Positions 9,529-18,261 of a stretch of DNA of 32,000 bases are shown one piece after another (positions within the stretch are counted from its first letter, which is position 1; each line of letters starts with the position of its first letter). Below the pieces are notes generated by a model, which worked only from the letters and a program-made list of their open reading frames with translations, was not told the DNA's origin and made no database searches. The DNA is taken from contig NC_014408.1 of NCBI RefSeq assembly GCF_000145295.1, forward strand, positions 360,001 through 392,000, in the 5' to 3' direction. A program made the position numbers and the translations under genes. This DNA comes from Methanothermobacter marburgensis str. Marburg. GTDB taxonomy: Archaea; Methanobacteriota; Methanobacteria; Methanobacteriales; Methanothermobacteraceae.

Positions 9529-10263
9529 CTACCACAGGTTTGCCTTTGTTTTAATGAGTATGAGTGCCAAGAGGATTAAACCGGTTATGAAGGGGATCTC
9601 AAGTCCAAGGAAGAGGCAGGCCGCTGTCCAGAAGCACATTATCAGGTAGAGGCTGGAGATGGCCCCTGATTTCATTTCCTTCATAGAATCACCCAGAACC
9701 ACAAGCAGAATAAGGGATGCAATGAAACCTGAGAGCACCCATCCAGCGAAGTTCTGCAGGGGCACACCATAGAATATTCCTGGATTACTCCAGATCCAGA
9801 ACTTGAGGGTCACGGCTGCAGGGTCAATCACAACATCTGTGAGGACCACAAGGAGGGTTGAAAGGCCCAGAAATTTCAGTTTCCCACCAACAGATTCCTT
9901 TGCAAGATAGGCCGACCCAAGGAAGAGGGGCAGCCATGCGAATGGGACCGTGAAGGGGGTGTGTCCAAGTATCTTCAGTCCAATGAGTCCGGTGTAGTGG
10001 AACTCCGAGTAGGGAAAACCCGTTACTATGGCCAAAGTTTCGATCAGAATTGCATAGGCCCCCAGAACAAGTATCAGAATAACACCACGACTCCTGAGGT
10101 CCCTTATCACCGAAATAAATGATGGGAGGGCCATGGATATGATGAAAACAACCGATACCGCGGAATAACCCCCTATATCCACGTTGGCTACAAAATATGA
10201 TGAGAATGCAAGGATGATGCCCACGAGGAGTATGATGATGGATTTCCCGGAGGGTCTATTCAT
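9529..10263 (-). CDS. Polytopic membrane protein resembling the DUF422 'carotenoid biosynthesis protein' family (CruF-like)
   Basis: About 244 aa and almost entirely hydrophobic helices. The family assignment is from memory of DUF422/CruF-type sequences and from genomic context. Likely ATG at 10263 ('MNRPSGKS...') overlaps the upstream gene's stop by 8 nt (ATGAATAG). Confidence 0.5.
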   Translation of the reverse strand: MNRPSGKSIIILLVGIILAFSSYFVANVDIGGYSAVSVVFIISMALPSFISVIRDLRSRGVILILVLGAYAILIETLAIVTGFPYSEFHYTGLIGLKILGHTPFTVPFAWLPLFLGSAYLAKESVGGKLKFLGLSTLLVVLTDVVIDPAAVTLKFWIWSNPGIFYGVPLQNFAGWVLSGFIASLILLVVLGDSMKEMKSGAISSLYLIMCFWTAACLFLGLEIPFITGLILLALILIKTKANLW

Positions 10264-11112
10264 GGTCAGCTCCCTCCATCCACCTGTAAACATCTGGTCT
10301 CCGATTCCTTAGAAGTGGAAGCTCCCTTCTCACTTTCTCCACCATTTCCATATCCAGGTCGGCTGTTAGAACACATTCTGAGCTACCTGCATCAACCATA
10401 ACCGAACCCCATGGGTCGGCGACAAGTGAGTGACCGTATGCAACATAGGATGCCCGGGGGTTTCTTGCAGGGGACACTGCGACACAGTAGCACTGGTTGT
10501 CAAGGGCCCTCGACCGCACAAGGAGCCTCCAGTGGGCTGGACCGGTTGTCATGTTGAATGCACCGGGAAATATGAGAACCTCCGCACCCCCCAGGGCCAT
10601 CATCCTTGAGAGTTCAGGGAAGCGCATGTCATAGCATATACCAACCCCGATCACAGCAGAACCTGTTTCAGTAACGGTCACAGAGCTACCTGCAATAAGA
10701 GTGTCGGATTCCCTGAAGGTTATCTCACCCTCCACGTCTATATCAAAGAGGTGAACCTTCCTGTGCCTCGCCACGACTTCACCACCATCATCAATGATGA
10801 ATGATGTGTTGTATATCCCCTCAGGGGTTCGTTCGGGAATTGAACCTGCAACCAGATGGACCCCCAGTTCTGCTGCAACGGAGCTCATTGCGGTTATGGT
10901 CTCTCCATTCTCATCCTCCGCATATTCAGGGAAGAGTTCAGAGTCGTAGGGGCATGTGAACATCTCAGGAAGAACCATAAGTTCAGCACCTGGCTGCACG
11001 CTTCCCTTATCATCTCAGAGGCCTTTTTGATGTTTTCTTCCTTTCTCTCATTTACCTGCATCTGACAGATTCCAACCCTCAGACCTGGCACCCCCATAAT
11101 ATCAGTGAGCAT
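10256..11112 (-). pseudogene. Carbon-nitrogen hydrolase (nitrilase/omega-amidase, Nit2-like), frameshifted near the 5' end as assembled
   Basis: The main ORF carries the E-K-C triad contexts 'VLPEMF', 'RHRKVHLF' and 'GVGICYDMRFPE'. The N-terminal ~40 residues ('LRVGICQMQVNERKEENIKKASEMIREA') lie in another frame (ORF 10894..11112). The frames join at about 10985-11000. Confidence 0.8.
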
Positions 11113-11117
11113 GGTCC

Positions 11118-11669
11118 TCAGAGGACGTTGTTCTCCAGGAGTATCCTTAAACCAATGAGTATGAGGATGACACCACCCAGTGCCTCTATACGGTTTTCAA
11201 ATATGTGACCTATCTTCTCTCCAAGGTAGCTCCCCCCAAGGGAGAGGAAGAACGTGATGACTCCTATGATTATTATGGGCAGCCATATTGATATGTTAAG
11301 GAGTGCAAAGCTGACACCCACAGCAAAGGCGTCTATGCTGGTTGCAACTGATAACAGAAGGAGTTCACGGTAACTGAATTTGAATTCCTCCTCCTCAAGC
11401 ATGGTGCTCTCGTATATCATTTTCAGCCCGATCAGAAGGAGGAGTGTAAATGCAACCCATGGCGCAAAGGCTGACACGAGGCTCTGAATTTCGAGGCCAG
11501 ATATCCATCCGAGGATGGGCATGAATGCCTGGAATGCCCCGAATGAGAATGCAGTTATGAGGGCGTAGTTGATTCCTGATTCATGGCCCACAAGACCGCG
11601 GCTCACTGATATGCTGAATGTGTCCATCCCCAGGCCAATTCCAATGAAAACCATCGATAGAAGATCCAT
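11118..11669 (-). CDS. mntP: Manganese efflux pump MntP (DUF204 duplicated-domain family)
   Basis: Two internal repeats, 'GLGMDTFSISVSRG' and 'ATSIDAFAVGVSFA', in a 6-TM protein. A GGTGAT box lies 4 nt before ATG 11669; the track ORF extends to GTG 11705. Confidence 0.8.
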   Translation of the reverse strand: MDLLSMVFIGIGLGMDTFSISVSRGLVGHESGINYALITAFSFGAFQAFMPILGWISGLEIQSLVSAFAPWVAFTLLLLIGLKMIYESTMLEEEEFKFSYRELLLLSVATSIDAFAVGVSFALLNISIWLPIIIIGVITFFLSLGGSYLGEKIGHIFENRIEALGGVILILIGLRILLENNVL

Positions 11670-11721
11670 AGGTATCACCATTGAGTAACCATATAATTCT
11701 CTCACCAGCTACTTATAAAAT

Positions 11722-11733
11722 CATCTGCAGATG
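11722..11733. promoter_or_regulatory. Perfect 12-bp palindrome CATCTGCAGATG between a TATA box and mntP; candidate operator
   Basis: Read directly. It lies next to the symmetric TATA element 'aaactTTATATAcc' (11737-11750) in the divergent mntP/htrA intergenic region. Confidence 0.35.
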
Positions 11734-11847
11734 CAAAAACTTTATATACCACAATTTTAATAACTTAAGTTAACTAAATTTCTCGGGTTCTGAAAAACAC
11801 CTAAAAAGATTTGAATATGGGTTTAAAAAATTTCAGGAAATTTAAAA

Positions 11848-12834
11848 ATGTTTAAAGCCAGAAATAAAAGCATAAGTCATGAATTTGAGGAAAAGGAGTT
11901 AGAAGAATCAGAAATAATGGATGCATATTCCAGGGCCGTCATTGATGCCTCCGCGGCGGTGAGCCCCTCGGTTGTCAGGGTAACAACACAGTCAAAATCA
12001 GGAAGCAGAGCAGCAGGCGGGGGTTCAGGGGTCATCTATACAGAGAGCGGCCATATAATAACCAACAGCCACGTCATCCACGGGGCAGAGAGGATAGACG
12101 TGAACCTCCACACAGGGGAGCACCACACAGCAGAGGTTGTGGGTGATGACCCCCACACTGACATTGCAGTCATAAAAATTGAACCTGAAACAGAACTCCA
12201 GGTACCTGAATTCGCAGACTCCAGCAGGGTGAGGGTTGGTCAGCTCGCCCTTGCAATAGGCAACCCCTTTGGCTTCCAGTTCACTGTCACAGCAGGGGTG
12301 GTGAGTGCCACAGGAAGATCCCTCAGGACAATGACAGGAAGACTCGTTGATGGGGTCATACAGACCGACGCGGCACTCAACCCTGGAAACTCTGGCGGCC
12401 CACTGGTGGACTTCCGGGGGAGGGTACTTGGAATAAACACAGCACTCATAAGGCCAGCCCAGGGGCTCTGCTTCGCCATACCCTCAAACACAGTCCGGGA
12501 GGTTGCAGATAAACTCATAAAGGACGGCAAAATAAGGAGGGCCCACTTAGGGGTTTCATGCCAGAACATAGTCATCAGGGATGAACTCAGGGAAAAACTC
12601 GGCTTAAACTCAGAGAGGGGCGTGATGATAGCATCACTCCAGGATGGCCCGGCAAGGGACGCTGGAATGATGAGGGGCGATGTGATAGTGGCAATCGATG
12701 ATGAGCCGGTGGAGACAGTTGACGACATCCACAGGATACTCTGTGAGGAAAAAATCGACGTGGAATGTCACGTGGATGTGATAAGGGGATCAGAAGCCTT
12801 TAAAGTCCAGGTAAGGCCCTCAGAGCTCCAGTGA
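11848..12834 (+). CDS. HtrA/DegP-family trypsin-like serine protease with a C-terminal PDZ domain
   Basis: Catalytic contexts 'TNSHVIHG' (His), 'DIAVIKI' (Asp) and 'GNSGGPLV' (Ser). PDZ-like 'GDVIVAIDDEPVETVDDI'. Confidence 0.85.
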   Translation: MFKARNKSISHEFEEKELEESEIMDAYSRAVIDASAAVSPSVVRVTTQSKSGSRAAGGGSGVIYTESGHIITNSHVIHGAERIDVNLHTGEHHTAEVVGDDPHTDIAVIKIEPETELQVPEFADSSRVRVGQLALAIGNPFGFQFTVTAGVVSATGRSLRTMTGRLVDGVIQTDAALNPGNSGGPLVDFRGRVLGINTALIRPAQGLCFAIPSNTVREVADKLIKDGKIRRAHLGVSCQNIVIRDELREKLGLNSERGVMIASLQDGPARDAGMMRGDVIVAIDDEPVETVDDIHRILCEEKIDVECHVDVIRGSEAFKVQVRPSELQ

Positions 12835-12887
12835 CTCCCCACCAAAATTTTTATGGGTGCACAGAACCATAGGTTATCCGTGGTAAG

Positions 12888-13745
12888 ATGAAACCGTCAG
12901 AAAAACTGGATGAAATTGACTCATCACTGAGGGGGGTGGGCTACGTACCAGACAGGGAGATCCTGATAACACTCTTCCTGGCGCTGGAACTTGGAAAGCC
13001 CATCCTTGTGGAGGGCCCCCCAGGCACAGGAAAGACAATGCTGGCCAGAAAGGCAGCCGAGGCCCTGGGAAGGGAATTCTTCAGGATACAGTGCTATGAG
13101 GGCATAACATTCGAACAGATAGTCGGGGAATGGAACTACCAGAAGCAGCTTCTGAGCCTTGAAAGGTCCCGGATCAGTGGATCCCCAGAGGACGTCTTCA
13201 GCGAGGAGTACTTCATAAAGAGACCCCTCCTGTCAGCATTCATCAATGAGAAACCCTCACTCCTCCTCATAGATGAAATAGATAAGGCCGACGAGGAGGT
13301 TGAGAGTTTCCTGCTTCAGGCACTTGGAGAAAAACAGATAACAGTCAATGACCTTGGAACCTTTGACCTTAGAAATGATATACTGGTCTTCCTCACATCC
13401 AACTCCCAGCGAAACCTACTGGATGAGACAAGAGACAGGTGCCTCTACATACACATCGACTACCCTGACCCTGAACGTGAAATGGAGATTGTGAGGGCAC
13501 ATGTCCCCTCTGCACCTGCCGCTCTTGTTCAGGAGACCGTCATGTTCATAAACAGGATAAGGGAACTGGGTGTCATAAAGAAGCCCTCAATAAGGGCAAC
13601 GGTGGACTGGCTCCGAACCCTCATGGCCCTTGGAAAGGAACACATTGACCGGGAAACGGCTGAAGAGACCCTGGGTGTCGTTATAAAAAACAGGGCAGAC
13701 GAGGGCAAGGTCCGGGGACTTGTGGAATCCCTTGATGAGAGTTAA
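12888..13745 (+). CDS. MoxR-family AAA+ ATPase (CoxD-like)
   Basis: Walker A 'GPPGTGKT', Walker B '[11 protein letters not shown]', and a length of 285 aa typical of MoxR. It is followed directly by a CoxE-type VWA gene. Confidence 0.85.
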   Translation: MKPSEKLDEIDSSLRGVGYVPDREILITLFLALELGKPILVEGPPGTGKTMLARKAAEALGREFFRIQCYEGITFEQIVGEWNYQKQLLSLERSRISGSPEDVFSEEYFIKRPLLSAFINEKPSLLLIDEIDKADEEVESFLLQALGEKQITVNDLGTFDLRNDILVFLTSNSQRNLLDETRDRCLYIHIDYPDPEREMEIVRAHVPSAPAALVQETVMFINRIRELGVIKKPSIRATVDWLRTLMALGKEHIDRETAEETLGVVIKNRADEGKVRGLVESLDES

Positions 13746-13773
13746 CCACCAGTGAAACTGGAGCACAGGTTTC

Positions 13774-14883
13774 ATGGAGAAAATAATTCTTCTTTCGAAT
13801 ATTTTAAGGGATAAGGGACTTCCTGTAAGTATAAGGAGCACCAAAGACGCATTTTCAGCCTATAAAATATTCAAAAACAGACCTGAGCTCAGGGAGGCCC
13901 TCTTTTCAGTTTATGTTAAGGACATGAGGCACTCTGAAGCTTTCATGGACGCCTATAATGAAGTTTTCGGGGTTCTGGATGAAGAAAATGATGAATCATC
14001 CGGTTCAGGGAAGGGTGAGAGGATTAAGTCTTCAGAGGAACAGACCCCCGGTGAGGTCACTGAGGGCATCAATATTGAGGATTTAGCGGAAATTCAACCT
14101 GAAATCCAGGATATCTTTGACTCCAGAACCGATGAGAGCCAGATCCTTGACAGGGATATGTCCACCCTCAACACATTCGACCCTGAGATATTTGAGCTCT
14201 GCCGCAGACTGGGAATGAAAATTGCCAATAGAAGATCCAGGAGGCTCCGCCGTTCAAAGAAGATGCGACCCGATATAAGGAGGAGCATAAGGAGGAACAT
14301 GAAGCACGGGGGCACGATAATTGAGCTCATGAGGGCAGAGCCCAGGGAGAGAAAGAGCCAGCACATATTCCTGAGTGATGTGAGCGGTTCCTGTGACTGG
14401 ATAAGCAACTGGTTCTTCTGCATAGTCTACGCGGCCCAGAAGACGTTCTACCGGTCACGTTTCTTTGACTTCGACAGCAGGGTCATTGAAACGACCCACC
14501 TACTTGATGAGGATGACCTCTACGATGCCTTCAGGAACCTCAGGGAGTCCAGGATAAGGAACCTCATGCTCCATGGGACATCAAACATGTACACAGCCTT
14601 CAGCGACTTTCTTGAAAATGTTAATTTCACAGGAAAGTCCTGTATAGTGATCCTCTCAGACTGCAGGGACTGGGCAGGGCCAAGGAAGGATGGGATCCCT
14701 GAAAGCGCTGAACTGGTGGCTGAAATGTCTGAGAAGGCAAGGAAGGTCCTCATACTGAACCCCGAACCAAAAAAGAAGTGGGACGTTGTTGACAGCTGTG
14801 TTTCAATTTACAGGGATGCCGGTGCAGCTGTGAAGGAGGTCAGGACCTTAAGGCAGCTGGCAGAGGTTATAGAGGGTCTTTGA
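13774..14883 (+). CDS. VWA-domain protein of the CoxE type (MoxR partner)
   Basis: An Arg-rich segment 'RRSRRLRRSKKMRPDIRRSIRRNMKHGG' is followed by the MIDAS motif 'FLSDVSGSC'. This architecture is characteristic of VWA_CoxE proteins. Confidence 0.75.
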   Translation: MEKIILLSNILRDKGLPVSIRSTKDAFSAYKIFKNRPELREALFSVYVKDMRHSEAFMDAYNEVFGVLDEENDESSGSGKGERIKSSEEQTPGEVTEGINIEDLAEIQPEIQDIFDSRTDESQILDRDMSTLNTFDPEIFELCRRLGMKIANRRSRRLRRSKKMRPDIRRSIRRNMKHGGTIIELMRAEPRERKSQHIFLSDVSGSCDWISNWFFCIVYAAQKTFYRSRFFDFDSRVIETTHLLDEDDLYDAFRNLRESRIRNLMLHGTSNMYTAFSDFLENVNFTGKSCIVILSDCRDWAGPRKDGIPESAELVAEMSEKARKVLILNPEPKKKWDVVDSCVSIYRDAGAAVKEVRTLRQLAEVIEGL

Positions 14884-14897
14884 TGGACATAACTGTT

Positions 14898-14925
14898 TTT
14901 AAGAGGATATAAAAATGCTCTTAAA
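14898..14925. terminator. Hairpin (8-bp stem 'tttaagag'/'ctcttaaa', 12-nt loop) in a convergent intergenic region
   Basis: Read directly. It sits between the VWA gene stop (14883) and the stop of the minus-strand orphan gene (14992). Confidence 0.25.
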
Positions 14926-14991
14926 CCTTTATCCTTTTACCTTACTTCAGGATAAGGGTGACCTGCTGTTTACGTATCAGCTGTCCAGTTT

Positions 14992-15366
14992 TTAAAATGC
15001 GCCAGTTGCTCTGTTAACTGCATCCACAAGTTCCTGGAGATTTTCACCGCCACTTTCAAAAGGGAAAAAGCCAACAGGAGCTAAAAAATTCATGGTGTAA
15101 TTTAAAGTCCTGGATTTTCCTTCATCTTTTATTTCGAGTTTTTTGATCCACTTTATGGGATATTTTTCGTGTTTGAATTTCATGCCAGACCTGAAAAAGA
15201 GTTCAAGAAATTTACCATCAAAGGTTATCATTACTGGACTGTCTTCGCTCATCATCCCTTCCACTTCGATCATTTCAACCCCCCTAGAGTCATAGTATTT
15301 AATATGGGGATTCAGAATATTTAATATTGCCGAGCCTTTGAGCATGGTATTCAAATCCAGTTTCAT
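14992..15366 (-). CDS. Hypothetical protein encoded by a low-GC gene
   Basis: 124-aa ORF with no motif I recognise. The composition is clearly more AT-rich than its neighbours: my hand count is 69 G+C in 190 nt of its 3' half, against 61 in 100 nt of the adjacent nucS gene. Confidence 0.5.
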   Translation of the reverse strand: MKLDLNTMLKGSAILNILNPHIKYYDSRGVEMIEVEGMMSEDSPVMITFDGKFLELFFRSGMKFKHEKYPIKWIKKLEIKDEGKSRTLNYTMNFLAPVGFFPFESGGENLQELVDAVNRATGAF

Positions 15367-15496
15367 TTTAAAACCAGACTTCCATGATCTTCATTGCATC
15401 AAAATTGGTGTTGAGGCAATGAATATTTTAAACATTTAATAATGAAACCTGAACTTTAAGCAGCTGATAGGGTTAGTTTAATGGATGCAGAGATTT

Positions 15497-16249
15497 TCAG
15501 AGGAAGTTATCCAGTGTAACCCCTCTGTTTGATTTGAGTTCCCTGGGGGGCTCGATCTCCCTGAACTCCAGCCCCTCATCCTCCAGCATCTCCAGGGCAT
15601 CATGGGTTATTGATGGGGCCACCAGAATACCCCTCACACCCACCTGGTCATCCCTGAATTCATCCACATATCTTCTGAGCTGTTTAACAGCACTCACACC
15701 GGCCTTCCTGCTTTTAAGTTCAATTATCATGAGTGAACCATTCTCATCCTTACCCAGAATATCAATGAAACCGGAACTGGTGGCATATTCCCGGGCAACG
15801 GGTCTGAAGCCAGGCTCGATGAGGTGGGGGTGCATTATTATCATGTCCCCCATGTCGCTTTCATGGCCAGATACGGTGAGCTCATGCATATCCCTTGGAA
15901 GGTAGAAGGAGATGAGGTGTACCTCATGGAGCTCAACCTCAAGGCGCTCCTCAGGGGACCTCCTGATACTTTCAAGAAAGAGGCTTTTCTGCTTCATGTA
16001 GACCCTGCACCTTGATCTGGGGGGCTGCCAGTTAACAGGGTCCACCTTCCGGTCCTGGTGGACCATGAATGTTCCATCTGGTTTTATAACGATGAGCCTC
16101 TCACCGGCACCAAGACTGCTCCTGGCACGCCCCTCATAGGATGCACTGCAGCAGGCAAGTATCACTATAAGAGAGCGCTTCCTTATACCCTCCTCTAGCA
16201 GCCGGTACGCTTCACTTCTGGATGGATTTTCAGATACCCTGCACTTCAT
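15497..16249 (-). CDS. nucS: Endonuclease NucS (EndoMS), mismatch-specific PD-(D/E)xK nuclease
   Basis: 250 aa. N-terminal '[36 protein letters not shown]' and C-terminal nuclease core '[23 protein letters not shown]' match the NucS family pattern. Confidence 0.85.
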   Translation of the reverse strand: MKCRVSENPSRSEAYRLLEEGIRKRSLIVILACCSASYEGRARSSLGAGERLIVIKPDGTFMVHQDRKVDPVNWQPPRSRCRVYMKQKSLFLESIRRSPEERLEVELHEVHLISFYLPRDMHELTVSGHESDMGDMIIMHPHLIEPGFRPVAREYATSSGFIDILGKDENGSLMIIELKSRKAGVSAVKQLRRYVDEFRDDQVGVRGILVAPSITHDALEMLEDEGLEFREIEPPRELKSNRGVTLDNFL

Positions 16250-16387
16250 GTTTATCAGCAGCCCAATTTTTCACGGTTCTGACTTTACAGAGGTGTAATT
16301 GTCTGTTCATCTGGATGTAAGATTTAATATCAATGCTGAAGTTATATATACTCTGCGAGGCAGTGCCACAAGAGAAATGAAAGTTGG

Positions 16388-17788
16388 TTGTCCATGATAA
16401 AGGAATTTGTTATAGGAACCGAGCTTGCACCGGCATATTATGGGGATCTCCTTGAATTCATCCGGCGCTACTATCTCATGCCCGGCGACTTCGATGAAAT
16501 AAGAAGAGATGGTCTGAGACTTGTTTTCAGGGCATGGAGGGATGAGGGGATAATATATGGTGAGATAATCGCCGGCGAAAACCTCAAACTGATCCTCGAA
16601 TACCCTGCGAAACTCGGGGAATGGGCAGAGGCAATATATGAGGACATATTCACATCCATCCAGGCGTTTGAGGATATGATGAGGCAGCACACCGTGTACT
16701 TTGCCTGGGTGGAGGGGGAGGATATAATCCCTGAAAGACCCCCTACGGGGAGGGGAATGGCATCAAAGGGCATATTCGGAAGCAGCATGCTCCTTGTCTA
16801 TGTGCTCTTCTTTGGTGTCAACATAATCCTATTCATCATCCTGGGATTCTATGCAGTTATAGCGATCCTCCTCATGCAGCTCGGTATAATACTCCTCTCA
16901 GACCGCATATACGCCAGGATGGGTGAATGGGTTATAACCCCAGAAAACCCCAGCGTGCACATAATCCAGTTCCAGCTCCCTGAAGACGAATTCAAATTCT
17001 TCATAGACAGGATGGGTAATGAAGCGATCCTGAAAATCAAACGTGAAATTTACAGGCTTTCCCTTGCAGAGAAGAGGCCCCCCACATGTGAGGATGCAAG
17101 GGGAGTCCTTGAAAGGTATGGCTTCAGGTGCAATCCACTCTATGAGAGGTCAAGGACCGTTAACCTTTACTCAATAATTGAGGACGCTGCCGGGGCATTC
17201 GGGATACCGGTACCCAGGATTGTTCTCTCCAACACCATGATAGCAAACGCCGCTGCAACGGGTCCAAGCCCCAGCAGGGGACTGGTACTTGTAACAACGG
17301 GGCTCCTGGTCCAGTTAACCGACGAGGAGGTGCTTGCGGTTATAGGCCATGAGATGGGGCACCTTGTCGGGCGGGACCCCATAATACTCTTCAGCATAGT
17401 GTCTGCCGAGTTCGTAATGAGACTCACGGTATTACTGCCGGTTGTGCTGGTTTCCCCGCTTCTCTACATAATCATTGCAATGGGTATAATATTCTTTGTG
17501 GCCAAGTTCTTTGAGGCAAGGGCTGACCTCCTATCTGCAATGATTATAGGAAAACCGGAGGTCCTTGCGAGGGCCCTCAGGAAAATAGGTTACCAGAAAC
17601 TGGCACTTGAGAAGTCAGGCTCCCAGAGGATATCCGGGTGGACGGCCTGGGACCCCCACCCCCCCATATACTTCAGGATAAAGCGGCTTGAAACTCTGAG
17701 GGATTATGAGAACGTGAAAAGTCCCCTCATCAGATCAGCGGTTGATGTGGTAAGGGGATTCAGGGACTCTATAAGGCAGTTTTTTTAG
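16388..17788 (+). CDS. M48-family (HtpX-like) membrane zinc metalloprotease with a long N-terminal extension
   Basis: 'VIGHEMGHLVGRD' (HExxH) and downstream 'FFEARADLL', flanked by TM helices. The first ~130 residues are a soluble domain I do not recognise. An alternative start is ATG 16394. Confidence 0.8.
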   Translation: MSMIKEFVIGTELAPAYYGDLLEFIRRYYLMPGDFDEIRRDGLRLVFRAWRDEGIIYGEIIAGENLKLILEYPAKLGEWAEAIYEDIFTSIQAFEDMMRQHTVYFAWVEGEDIIPERPPTGRGMASKGIFGSSMLLVYVLFFGVNIILFIILGFYAVIAILLMQLGIILLSDRIYARMGEWVITPENPSVHIIQFQLPEDEFKFFIDRMGNEAILKIKREIYRLSLAEKRPPTCEDARGVLERYGFRCNPLYERSRTVNLYSIIEDAAGAFGIPVPRIVLSNTMIANAAATGPSPSRGLVLVTTGLLVQLTDEEVLAVIGHEMGHLVGRDPIILFSIVSAEFVMRLTVLLPVVLVSPLLYIIIAMGIIFFVAKFFEARADLLSAMIIGKPEVLARALRKIGYQKLALEKSGSQRISGWTAWDPHPPIYFRIKRLETLRDYENVKSPLIRSAVDVVRGFRDSIRQFF

Positions 17789-17826
17789 GTTATGCTGGTT
17801 ATCTCAGAAAACTCCAGCATCTGATT

Positions 17827-18153
17827 TCATTCAAACCTTGAGAGGACCTCTGCAACATCATCAAGTTTTATCTCATCGGGGCCCCGGATACCATACCTCA
17901 TGCATATGGATTCAACGGGTTCACGGTTTACAAGGTAATCAAAGAGGTCCCTGTACTCATCTTCACTGTAATCATGGTCCTCACGTGTGGCCTCCGCAAG
18001 TTCAACTATGGCCTCCCTTAAGAGGTCATCTATCCCCCTTTTACTGGCGAGGCTGTCAAGGAAATCATTTCTTTTAAGGTCCTCCCCAAAGAATTTTTTA
18101 AATGACCTCCTCTGCTGGAGGCCCTTGTAGATGATTATGAGTTTATCCTGCAT
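17827..18153 (-). CDS. Hypothetical small acidic protein
   Basis: ORF 17827..18198 in the track (TTG start). ATG 18153 is preceded by GGGTGAT and is the more likely start. No recognisable motif. Confidence 0.45.
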   Translation of the reverse strand: MQDKLIIIYKGLQQRRSFKKFFGEDLKRNDFLDSLASKRGIDDLLREAIVELAEATREDHDYSEDEYRDLFDYLVNREPVESICMRYGIRGPDEIKLDDVAEVLSRFE

Positions 18154-18261
18154 TTCCCTTGCATCACCCTTTCTGATAATCTGAAACCCTCCATTCAATC
18201 ACTAACTATTTTTATCAATTTCGCCATACAATAAAACAGTTCTGATTCTCAGGGTGACAAC

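Noticed and set aside
12240-12728. A 162-aa ORF antisense to htrA, plus similar antisense or offset ORFs (154-465, 6561-7049, 6934-7236, 15534-15905, 16307-16690, 21654-21974, 23779-24153, 25502-25870, 31493-31927)
   Set aside because: All are fully nested in or opposite genes with strong family motifs. They have low-complexity or biased composition and lack start-site signals, so they are treated as spurious.
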